Under the pieces are notes generated by a model that had not been told where the DNA came from, made no database searches, and saw only the letters and a list, made by a program, of their open reading frames with translations. A stretch of DNA of 63,335 nt, filler included, from Octopus bimaculoides (taxonomy: Eukaryota): the NCBI RefSeq assembly GCF_001194135.2. It is 8 parts of 7 records of this genome, joined end to end, with 100 filler letters (N's around TTAATTAATTAA, not from the genome) between each part and the next. Parts side by side here need not be neighbours in the genome. Positions count along the whole stretch, not along the records: positions 32,196 to 47,682 come from NC_068983.1; 7 more parts are not named here. One strand, 5' to 3'. Below, piece by piece: positions 37,784 through 47,782 of this stretch (the stretch's first letter is position 1; each line of letters starts with the position of its first letter). The position numbers were made by a program, and so were the translations under genes.

Positions 37784-37865
37784 CTTCTCAAAAGACAGAT
37801 TGACTTATATGGAGGTCTTTGCTCAATGGCTCTTGCAGAGCTATTCTAGAAACAGCTGTAAGAGG
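37784..37865 (+). ncRNA. Degenerate long-stem-II hammerhead relic
   Basis: CTTCT-CAAAAGA...GAAA-C-AGCT-GTA-AGAGG; the 3' half is identical in design to 47653-47669, stem I pairs (one G-U), and the core has two substitutions. Confidence 0.45.
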
Positions 37866-38284
37866 CTTTACGCATTATTTTTTAATCCGTCATTCCCTCT
37901 AGCAACTCTGCACTTATGTTTGAATTATAAATTACACGCTCTAAAGTGAAACCACATACACACGTATCCTACCGCATAAACATAAGCCACACGATCCTAC
38001 ATTAGTCCCTCCTGCATACCGTTTCACATTAAAGTCAAATCCAGACTCCTTTCAATGATCTCAGTTTGAACTTCGAACGAAAAAACATCAGAACTTTCAG
38101 GAAAGGCAAGTTATATATAATGAATCGCCATATCTGTCTTTTGTTGTGCTGTCCTGATACATTCACTCCAGCCTAATTATTTACTTTACCTATATTTACA
38201 ATTTAGCTTTCTTCTTCCTCTCTCTCCATTAATTTTGTCTTCTATTAACAATCTCTGCAACCCATTTTTTTCCTAATTAAGTGT

Positions 38285-38800
38285 CCAGAATATTTTAGTT
38301 TTCTTTTTTTGCTGGTATCTAATAAAATAGTGTTTAGGCTATTTTTAGTACTTCATCATATTTTGTTCATGAAAAGCCTTCTATATACTCAAATCTCAAA
38401 GGCTCCTAATCTATTTGATAATACTTTTGCTATTGTCCATGAATGAATCATACAAAATATTTCAATAATCTTCTTCGTCTACGATTTGAATGTTTCTCTA
38501 AGTTACTATGGCTGACATCTTCTCAAACGGCTTTCCGGCTAGCTCAATCTTTCTTTTGATTTCCATTTCGTATCTTCTGTTTTCTGATTGCATACATCCC
38601 CAGTATGTATCATTAATGTTGGTTCAATGAACTTTCCCGCAACTGTAATGTTTACTTTTTAGATAACAGTTGTCCCTTGTTGGCTACGAAGTTTTTGCTT
38701 TCTTTATATCAATTTCTATTCCAAACAACGTTCCTTTTGTCGTTTACTGCAGTCAAAAGGTCATCTCTGCCGAAAGTTAATAAGATAGTATCGTTTGTAC
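38285..38800 (-). pseudogene. Heavily decayed RTE LINE RT C-terminal fragment
   Basis: Minus-strand pieces DTILLTFGRDDLLTAVN, IELAGKPFEK, WTIAKVLSNRLGAFEI.VYRR match the RTE C-terminal pattern. Confidence 0.6.
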
Positions 38801-39274
38801 AGTTAATACAGTTGATGTTCCTTTTTATTTACCCTAATGCATTCATATATATATATATANNNNNNNNNNNNNNNNNNNNNNNNNNNNNNNNNNNNNNNNN
38901 NNNNNNNNNNNNNNNNNNNNNNNNNNNNNNNNNNNNNNNNNNNNNNNNNNNNNNNNNNNNNNNNNNNNNNNNNNNNNNNNNNNNNNNNNNNNNNNNNNNN
39001 NNNNNNNNNNNNNNNNNNNNNNNNNNNNNNNNNNNNNNNNNNNNNNNNNNNNNNNNNNNNNNNNNNNNNNNNNNNNNNNNNNNNNNNNNNNNNNNNNNNN
39101 NNNNNNNNNNNNNNNNNNNNNNNNNNNNNNNNNNNNNNNNNNNNNNNNNNNNNNNNNNNNNNNNNAAAAGGGGATAAAACTCTTTTACAAGAATTTTATC
39201 AAGAAGCCAGTGTGTAAAAAAATTCATAAGGGAAATTTCTATTCCCAAGAATATAATTATTCGTTTATATTTAT

Positions 39275-39447
39275 ATAATGGGTATTACTACAGACAAAAA
39301 TAATAATGCCACACGCTGGACTTCTCAAAATAACCACATTGGTCGTCTTCTGTTTGGTTGTTTTTCCTCGTATTCGGTACTAAATGTGGTTATTTTGAGA
39401 AGTCCAACGTGTGACTTTATTATTTTTTCTGTAGTAATGCCCATTAT
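39275..39447. mobile_element. 173-bp MITE-like element with about 65-bp terminal inverted repeats in TA-rich context
   Basis: ATAATGGGTATTACTACAG...GGACTTCTCAAAATAACCACATT (39275-39340) vs AATGTGGTTATTTTGAGAAGTCC...CTGTAGTAATGCCCATTAT (39383-39447). Confidence 0.8.
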
Positions 39448-39805
39448 ATAAATATAAACGAATATATATATATATGTACATATATACACGCATATATATA
39501 TACATACACACACGCATGTTTGTGTGTGTGTGTGTGTGCGTGCGTGCGCGCGCGTGTATGTGTACTTATAGATATACATGCGATTTTCCCTTCTGCTTCA
39601 AAATCACTTTTGGCCGCAAAATGCACTAAAATAATCTAGTCACTAAAACTTTTTCTACGTAACATATAGTTTTCTCTCCCCTCGCTCTCTCTCTCCCTTC
39701 TTTTTTTTGTTATATATGTAAAACTCACCTTGCGAAAACAAGCTATCATAATATAATTTCAGGAAAAGAGAACATTTATTATGTGAAAATATATTTTGTA
39801 AGATT

Positions 39806-39846
<41 letters not shown>

Positions 39847-40911
39847 ATGAAAAACCTATTTACGCCTTACGCTAAAAAGAGGAAGCTTGATTTATTTAAA
39901 CAAACTAATATATACTTAATATACGTATAAAAACAACGCATTTTCAAACCTCTCATTATCCCCCCACTCCACACATGAACTAGAAAAAATATCCACTGAA
40001 TTTAAGAACTCGATTCTTTAAAATGTCATTAAACTTTAATAGGTTATTACTTCTTTGTAATATCAATAGCTGGTATGATACTGCTTTAAATTTAAAATTG
40101 GCTTAGACGAATATTAAGAGTAGAACATTAAAAACTGAAAAGAATTGAAAGCCACTAATACCATTGTTCCCTTAGAAATTGAGTTTTACGTCACGTTCAA
40201 GAAAATGAATTTAATAAGTACAAGTTATTATATGGTTAGAAACGTTTTAGCATGGGTCATGGAAATAGTCGCAGCACAGATGAAATAGTTGGAGTATCAA
40301 TGGAATTGTTTGTTTTCTATTCTTCATAATACAGACATACATGTAAATAACAAAACAAATATGCATGTTTATCCGTTTAATTTGTTTTGGGCAAAAGCCT
40401 CAGAACGCGCTCATAAAAGCTTCTATGCTACTCTTTGTCAGCCACCACCTATCAGTCTCATCTCGTGTAATCCGATGGAATGATTATATAGATGGAAATA
40501 TTAAATACATTATAATATAAGTGGCTATACAAAAAACAAAAAAACCCAAAAGGTAAAATACATAAATAAGGGTGCAAAATAGCACCTGCAATTGCAAGAA
40601 AGAGGAGCTAAAAAGTATAATTCGAATAGCCACTCAAAATCACCAACCTCATGAGATATTCAGAGACTGTGAATGGCAAGCCACAACATCTTTCTTCAGC
40701 GAGATAAAACTCACAGAATGAAGTACTTTGATAATATCCTATCACATGATTTCCAGATTTAACCAATATGGTTTCGTTTCTTCTCAGGGGTTTCTACAAT
40801 TAACTCCGGGTCAAAGAGATAGCATGCTTCTCATTTGCTCATGAGAAAAAAAAAAAAAATCGTTGAACAGCGAGCGCTAAAATTCAAAACAGTTCGAGTG
40901 TATATAAAAAT

Positions 40912-41320
40912 ACTGGATATTGTTGTGGTGAATAAAACAGAAAGAACATACATGATAATAGGCATAGCATGTCCCGGTGACAACAGGATCAAAAAATAAA
41001 AAATAAAAAATAAACAACTATGACGATTTGAAGTGGGAAATATGAAGGTTGTGGTCAATGAGGAGAGTATACGTGACATCAATAGTAATTAGCGCACTTG
41101 GAAGTATCAGCACTAAACTAACTACCAACACGGCTCAAAAAGATTGATACAAGTTTGAAGGGTAGAACACCTACAAAAATCAGCATTGCTAGGAACTGCA
41201 AGAATTCTTCGCAGGGTTCTTGAAGCATGACCAGTAAACAAGAGTCACCTTAGTCCGCTGACTGTGGACAGCTGACACTTTCCATCACATCCAGCAAAAT
41301 AAGCTGTGAGCTTTCATCAC
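40912..41320 (+). mobile_element. Dong/R4-clade non-LTR retrotransposon 3' end (restriction-like endonuclease) abutting (TAA)n
   Basis: DIVVVNKTERT...I(G)IACPGDNRI (PD..D motif), DDLKWEI, ALGS, LQKSALLGTARILRRVLEA*; then (TAA)n at 41321-41373, the known Dong target repeat. Confidence 0.85.
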
Positions 41321-41335
41321 ATAATAATAATAATG

Positions 41336-41374
<39 letters not shown>

Positions 41375-41620
41375 TATACATATACATATATATTGGTGTG
41401 TATGACTGCGCGCGTAATAAGTATATGTATTTTCAAGAGATGTTTAAAACTTTCTGTGGAATTTTAATGAAAAATAGTCGGTCAAGTGTTGCATCCTGTA
41501 CATATTTCTTCTGCTTTTGCCTCATTAATAATGTCTGATAACAGCCCGTCTTAGCTAAAACATGGTAAACAATAGAATACATTAAAGGCAACTCAGAATA
41601 CCAATTTATGAAAATATAGA

Positions 41621-41838
41621 TATCCTTTTCTACTCTAGGCACAAGGTCCAAAATTTTCGGGGAAGAGGCCAGTCGACTAGATCAACCCCAGGACGCAACT
41701 AGTACTTAATTTATCAATCCCGAAAGGATGAAAGACAAAGTCGACCTCGACGGAATTTGAACTCAGAACGTAAAGACAGACAAAATACCACTAAGCATTT
41801 CGCCCCGCGTGCTAACGATCGCGCCAGCTCGCCGCCTT
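41621..41838 (-). mobile_element. SINE family A, full length
   Basis: Complete reverse complement, ending GCGCCAGCTCGCCGCCTT. Confidence 0.9.
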
Positions 41839-42782
41839 GTGAAATATACATATCGAATACATACAAAGTTTTGTGAAAATATGTAAAATTATTGAAACAA
41901 AGAGGAGCTATCAAAGTGCAAGATGAAATCTAAATTCATTTCTGCATTCTGAAAATATATTGTTATGGCTAACTATTGAAAATGATGCTATGATATTTCA
42001 ATCAGTTTAGGCAGCTATGTTTATGTTTAAACTCTATTATTGATCTCACGAAAATAGAAATTCTAAAGAGAGTGGCTGAATACCAAAATTAAGTAACAAA
42101 ATCTTCACATTGATTTTTATAATAGCATAACTACAAAAGTCCTTTTGTTAGAAAACTAAATATGAACTAATTGACATATGAACTAATTGACAACTAAATA
42201 TTTACAATTTTTTCCATACAGTTTTAATTTACGAATATATTAAGAAACTATTCTAGAATGAAAAAGAGGAAAATGAACCACAACCTACTAATGGAGCACT
42301 AAGATTTTTGTGATGGTGAAAATTTGAAAACGTAGATTTAGATAAAAATTAATATAACAACAAAATAGTGAGAATAAAAAATCTCTATTTATTTGGAAAA
42401 GAATCTGGCTCAGAAGTGAGGCTGCCTGGAAGGAAGTACAGACTTATCTGATTCAGCATTGTTTAATGTTCGAAAAATTTCTTTAATTTCTCTTTTGAAT
42501 TTAAATGGAGTGGAAACATTTTTTAATATGTTCTTTCATTTTTCTTTTAGCAAATCAAGAATTTTATGAAATGCATCGCAGTAGTAGTAACTACATAAAA
42601 ATACGAGTTATGTGTTTTTATACAGTTATTAATTTTATTATCATTATTTTTATGTAGCTATTATAACGAGTATCGTATTTTTATGTAGTTATGTAGTGTG
42701 TCGTTACCATTAATATTCGTAATGATAATAACAACAGTAATGATGATAATTAGATAGACACACTAAATTTGTTTGAACAGAA

Positions 42783-43005
42783 ATACTCAAAAGTACTCGG
42801 GATTAGACGAAACTATAAAGATACAATACAGAATCGAAAGAGAAAATTAGAAAGGAGTACTGCAAAAGACTGAGAATTATATTGAAATTGAACTCAATGC
42901 TAGTAATAAGACAATAGGTATAAATACATTAGACATCCCAGTTTTAAATCACAGCTTCAATAGAACAGATTGGAAGTCAGGGGAATTGGAAGAGTTTAGG
43001 CAACA
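42783..43005 (+). pseudogene. Dong/R4-type RT C-terminal fragment
   Basis: KYSGLDETIKI...KIRKEYCKRLRIILK.ELNASNKTIGINTL.IPVL..SF...DWK.GELEE. Confidence 0.7.
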
Positions 43006-43170
43006 GGAGCTGTTCAAAGTAACGAACAGCTCAATTCCTTAATCACCTTAATCATATAGTTTTAAGAAATTCCACCCTGTTTAAGAAGTCACGTCCAGTA
43101 TCTTTACCACTTCTTTCAACATTCTGGAAGTCTCTGATTCCGTTGGCTACTCTTTTTTTTCCTTTCTAAG

Positions 43171-43194
43171 TCGTCGAAATGCCATGCCAGGCAG
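43171..43194 (+). CDS. Candidate 24-nt microexon of an unidentified host gene
   Basis: Acceptor TCTTTTTTTTTCCTTTCTAAG, exon TCGTCGAAATGCCATGCCAGGCAG (open in all three frames), donor CAG|GTAAGC. Confidence 0.35.
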
Positions 43195-43804
43195 GTAAGC
43201 TATGAAAAGTTGCCAAAATGTAAGGGTAATAGCATCGACGACGATGGTGATGATAATAATGATGATAATGATGGTGGTGATGATGATGATGTAGATGACG
43301 ACGACGACGACGACGACGATGGTGATGACAATGACGGTAACGACAATGTGAAAGATGGTGTCTCGAATGATGTAAATGGAGATGCTGATGGGAATAATGA
43401 TGGCTGCTTGTTCATCAAGTCAATATCTGATTATAAAATTAGCCAAAACCCGACATTTTAATTCGTTGATATCCAAAAGGAAAATTTGGCGCCACTGTGT
43501 GTGACAAAGCTTCACCTCTGAATTATCGGTAGAGTCCATCTGGTTGGCACCCACGCATTCAGAATATGTCAACTCAATGTTAATTAGAAGGTTTTGGATT
43601 AATCCAAGGCTAACTTAGAAACCACTGGCTCAAAGTGCCATTCGTTGAGATTAGCACCAATACATCCGATAGAGAAATAAACTTTATAATCAGTAACGAG
43701 TAGTTACTTACTTTAGAAAGGCATACATACAGACATATATGTTGGTGTCATATTTTTTCGTAGATATTTGAGAGGATATACATTTTATCTTTTATCTTCT
43801 ACAT

Positions 43805-43935
43805 GTTTCAGTCCCAATACTTATTGCTTTTTAAAACCTGGAACTCATTCTTACCGTCTCTTTTGCCGAACCGCTACCAGAACGTAAATAAACTAACACC
43901 AAATTTTCAAGCAGTGGTGGGGACCAAACAATCAC
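43805..43935 (-). mobile_element. CORE-type SINE 3' fragment
   Basis: TGTTTCAGTC...CTTTTGCCGAACCGCTA...GTGGTGGGGACCAAAC, as in 28820-29020. Confidence 0.65.
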
Positions 43936-44019
43936 ACAGACACACAGACACACACACACAGACACACATAGACACACAAAAACACAGACAGACAGACAGA
44001 CACACACACACAGACACAC

Positions 44020-44071
<52 letters not shown>

Positions 44072-44134
44072 AGTCACACAGACACAGTCACACAGACACA
44101 GTCACACAGACACACACATCCTTTTGTTTATTAT

Positions 44135-44757
44135 AATTCATTCATGGCTATCACATTTAAGATGATTTACACAGGAAATCTGAATAAGAGGATACGCAGT
44201 AGATGCAGCGAGGCAGGAAGCAAAAGCACCAACACTCTACGATTCAGAAAAGTCCTGATGGAGAACATCTAACCATGCTCTTTTATTAGACATCACTAGA
44301 CTACCTTACAAAAGCCACACATCTAAGGATAAAATGTATTTTTGAAACCGCCACATTTAACAAAAACAAAAGCAGCTGCTGCAATCCGCCTTGTGATCCA
44401 AAGGAAGGGATAGAATATACGATTGGCACATTCTGGATCTTCCCTAATGAGAGTTCTAACAATAAACAAGCCAAGACAAAACAACACCGTATGAGCATTG
44501 CCCGAGAGCCCGATGAAAAAGGAAAATATATATCTGAGGTCCTACGTGGTATATAAACTCACATGTAGCAAATGCTATGAATTCTATATCGGAGGAACAA
44601 TCTGACAAGTACACATTCAGATTAAAAAAAGACAACTGCTTGCAAACACTTCTTCTACAAAAAATCATGTACAGGAATGCTACATCCAAGACACCCACGT
44701 TTCCATTGAAACTACAGAAAAGAAAAATTGAGAACTTGAAATTACAAGAAGCTATAT
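44135..44757 (+). pseudogene. Penelope-like element 3' ORF fragment with GIY-YIG endonuclease
   Basis: SYVVYKLTCSKCYEFYIGGTI.QVHIQIK...HVQEC...LKLQEAIY (across a frameshift) is the VIY-CxxC-YIG pattern of PLE endonucleases. Confidence 0.75.
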
Positions 44758-45118
44758 ATTGGTTTGAAATTTTTGGCGTAAGGCCAGCAGGTTTGGGAAA
44801 GGGGTTAAGTCGATTACATCAACTCCAGTGTTCAACTGGTACTCATTGTGATGACCCCGAAAGAACGAAAGGCAAAGTCAACCTCTGCAGAATTCGAACT
44901 CAGAACGTTAAGATGGACGAAATGCCGCTGAACATTTGTGTTGACGATTCAGTGCTAACGCTCGGTGTGTTAACGATTCTGCCAGCTCACCGCCTTCCTA
45001 CACACCATATATTGGTTTCAAATTTTGGCACAATGCCAGCAATTTCGGGGGTGGTGGGGGTAAACCGATAACATCGACCCCAGTGCTCAACTGTTACGAT
45101 TCTACCAGCTCACCGTCT
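44758..45118 (-). mobile_element. SINE family A plus partial tandem second copy
   Basis: Full copy 44758-44996; a partial copy 45008-45118 repeats the tail and head segments. Confidence 0.8.
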
Positions 45119-45208
45119 TCATACATACCATACATATGCGGCTGATTGGCTACTATAGCAACGCAAAACAACCCTTCACACACAGCTAACAACAACTTTT
45201 CTCCAAAG

Positions 45209-45247
45209 ATTTCCTGAGGAGGGATCTGAGCCCTGAAACACTGAAAT
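45209..45247 (+). ncRNA. Minimal hammerhead-like relic downstream of the PLE endonuclease
   Basis: ATTTC-CTGAGGA-GGG ATCTGAG CCC-T-GAAA-CACT-GAAAT: core and stems I/II are present, but the cleavage triplet is degenerate. Confidence 0.45.
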
Positions 45248-46069
45248 ACGAGGTAAAACCACCAACCTGTATTATTTTTATATTTTGCATTGTTTTGACT
45301 TCAGAAAGAAAAGCATTTAAACACACATACATATATACATAAATGTAAATACATGCATACTTACGCATACACGCACGCACACGCACGCTCACACACATGT
45401 AGGTGTAGCATATATGTATGTATATATGCTAATATACTTACATGTACTTTTATATGTACATATATATAGCTATGCATGTATATATAGCATTATGTTTACA
45501 ACCATTAAAGCGAATATACAGGCTCAAGTAGCCATATAATTCGTATATAGCCCATAAACACACGCACAAATATGTGCTCGCCCGAACACATAAGCATACA
45601 TACGCCCATATCTAAGCATTGTAACAATAATTTTTTTACAACTATCACAATGTCTAATTTGCATGCAATCGTGCGATCTTACCACCATGTTTCATTGGTA
45701 ATGCACTATCGCTAACCGGCCGTGAAATTATCAAAATCACTGTAATTATACGGTTGACTGATACATCAAATAGCACACCCCCTCATGCCATATTGATTTA
45801 ACTTCTTTCTTTATTTTTACTCTTTCTCACCTATATGTATATATATATATATATTTCAATCCTATTCTCTTTATTCAGTCAAACAAAGTACATACAACAA
45901 ACACATGCTCACATACATACGCGTGAATTCGTGTTTTGTAGTGAAAGCACACGAACAAACGAACAAGCACGTCATTCATATATATATATATATATATAAT
46001 TCCTTATGTACTTTGTACTTCTATATGTAAACCAGGTTGGCAAAATAACATAGTCTGCCATAGACATAA

Positions 46070-46106
<37 letters not shown>

Positions 46107-47540
46107 TAGATGTACACACACACACACACATACTTATACATGTATACACACACACATATACATATATGTGTATGTATGTATATGTGTATGTGTAGGTATA
46201 TGTATATGTGTGTGTGTATACATGTATAAGTATGTGTGTGTGTGTGTGTGTACATCTATTTGTGTGTGTGTGTGTGTATTTATGTATGTGTATATGTATA
46301 GGTGAGTATGTAGGTAGGTATGAAGTTGTGTACATACGGATGTAATGATAGTTGGCCACAAAGTTGTGTATGTATGAATAGGTATGGGTATATGTGAGGG
46401 GACATAATGTGTATAAGGGTGTATATCTGGATATGTATAGATGAGAATGTATTTATCCTCATTGTTACTGCTGTGGTTATCGGCTTGTAGTCTTCTTGAA
46501 AGTCTACCAATTTAACTCTATTGCCATTACATTGGGAACCTACCCCCTCACCGTGAGTATATAGTAGAATTAAGAGATGTGTGGCTGCGCGCATACATGT
46601 GTATGTACATACACGCACGCATGAGCGTGAGTACGGGGAGATATACATAGCTCGTGTGTGTTTGTGTGGGGGGGATGTGCGCAGGCAAGCTAGCATCTTG
46701 ACCGGCCAGTGGCTATCCAGCCGTAGCTAAGCGTAGGCAGTTTAAAACAATAGTTGCCCAATTGGAAGGAGGGAAGTTAACGGTAGTAATTAACCCTCCC
46801 CCATTGGCAGCAGAATGGCAGAACCGTTGGAGGAAGCAACAGGATATCCTACACCGCTAAGTTTGAAAGTTTGGCATATTATTGTTGCTGTTGCTGTTGT
46901 TATTGTTGTTGTTGTTGTCACCATCATCGTCACCATCACTGCTATTGCTACTAGAACATTAATAACTTGTATAAAATGAACTTCTACATAGAACCTTCCA
47001 ATATATATAGAAATGACACACACACACTCAACGAAACTTCCTTTCTAAAAAACACTTACAGCTTTCTAGATACGGCTAATAGCGCTGATGCCACAAACAA
47101 CGTATGTGGTGGAATGCCTGCTTATAAAAACTTGTATATGCACACATGGGAGTAAGCGGACATCCGAGTAAGGTTGTGCACACGAACCCACACATATATA
47201 TATGCATTGGAGTGTCTATAGCTACCTATTTATAATGTTTGTAGGCTCTTTGTGTGCCTTGTATTTTTAAGGGCTTTTTGACATTTTTATATTTTTATAT
47301 TTTATATTTTATATTTATATTTTTGCATGTCCCACATGCTATACCTTCATTTTTCATTTATGTATTTTTTACTATTATTATCATTATTTTTTTCCTGCTG
47401 TACCCTTATTTTTATTTTGATTTTGATTTTAATTCTATTTTTTTTTTATTTCTATCTTATTTTTGCTGTTGTTTTTCTTCTGGTCTCTACCACACCTCTG
47501 TTTTTACCTCTTGCTCTACATTTGTATGAAACACTTTGTG

Positions 47541-47669
47541 AATCTCTGAAGAGGCCTAGCGGTTCGGGCATGTAACCCCATTTCAAAATGTCATCCGATA
47601 ATCATTCCGGAAAGGAATATTCGGATAGAATGGGGCTTGCTAAAACTAGGCCGAAACAGCTGTAAGATT
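47541..47669 (+). ncRNA. Type I hammerhead ribozyme with extended stem II and palindromic stem III
   Basis: Stem I AATCT/AGATT; core CTGAAGA (47546-47552); stem II GGCCTAG/CTAGGCC; GAAA (47653-47656); stem III C-AGCT-G; cleavage triplet GUA (47662-47664). Confidence 0.8.
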
Positions 47670-47782
47670 AAACTTCTGTTCANNNNNNNNNNNNNNNNNN
47701 NNNNNNNNNNNNNNNNNNNNNNNNNNTTAATTAATTAANNNNNNNNNNNNNNNNNNNNNNNNNNNNNNNNNNNNNNNNNNNN

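Noticed and set aside
43200-43461. Asp/Asn-rich and Ser-rich ORFs
   Set aside because: Degenerate (GAT)/(GAC) trinucleotide repeat.
46476-46555. Plus-strand exon ending ACC|GTGAGT / signal-peptide-like MYLSSLLLLWLSAC
   Set aside because: The signal-like frame stops after 22 codons, the acceptor is weak, and it is embedded in degenerate GT repeats.
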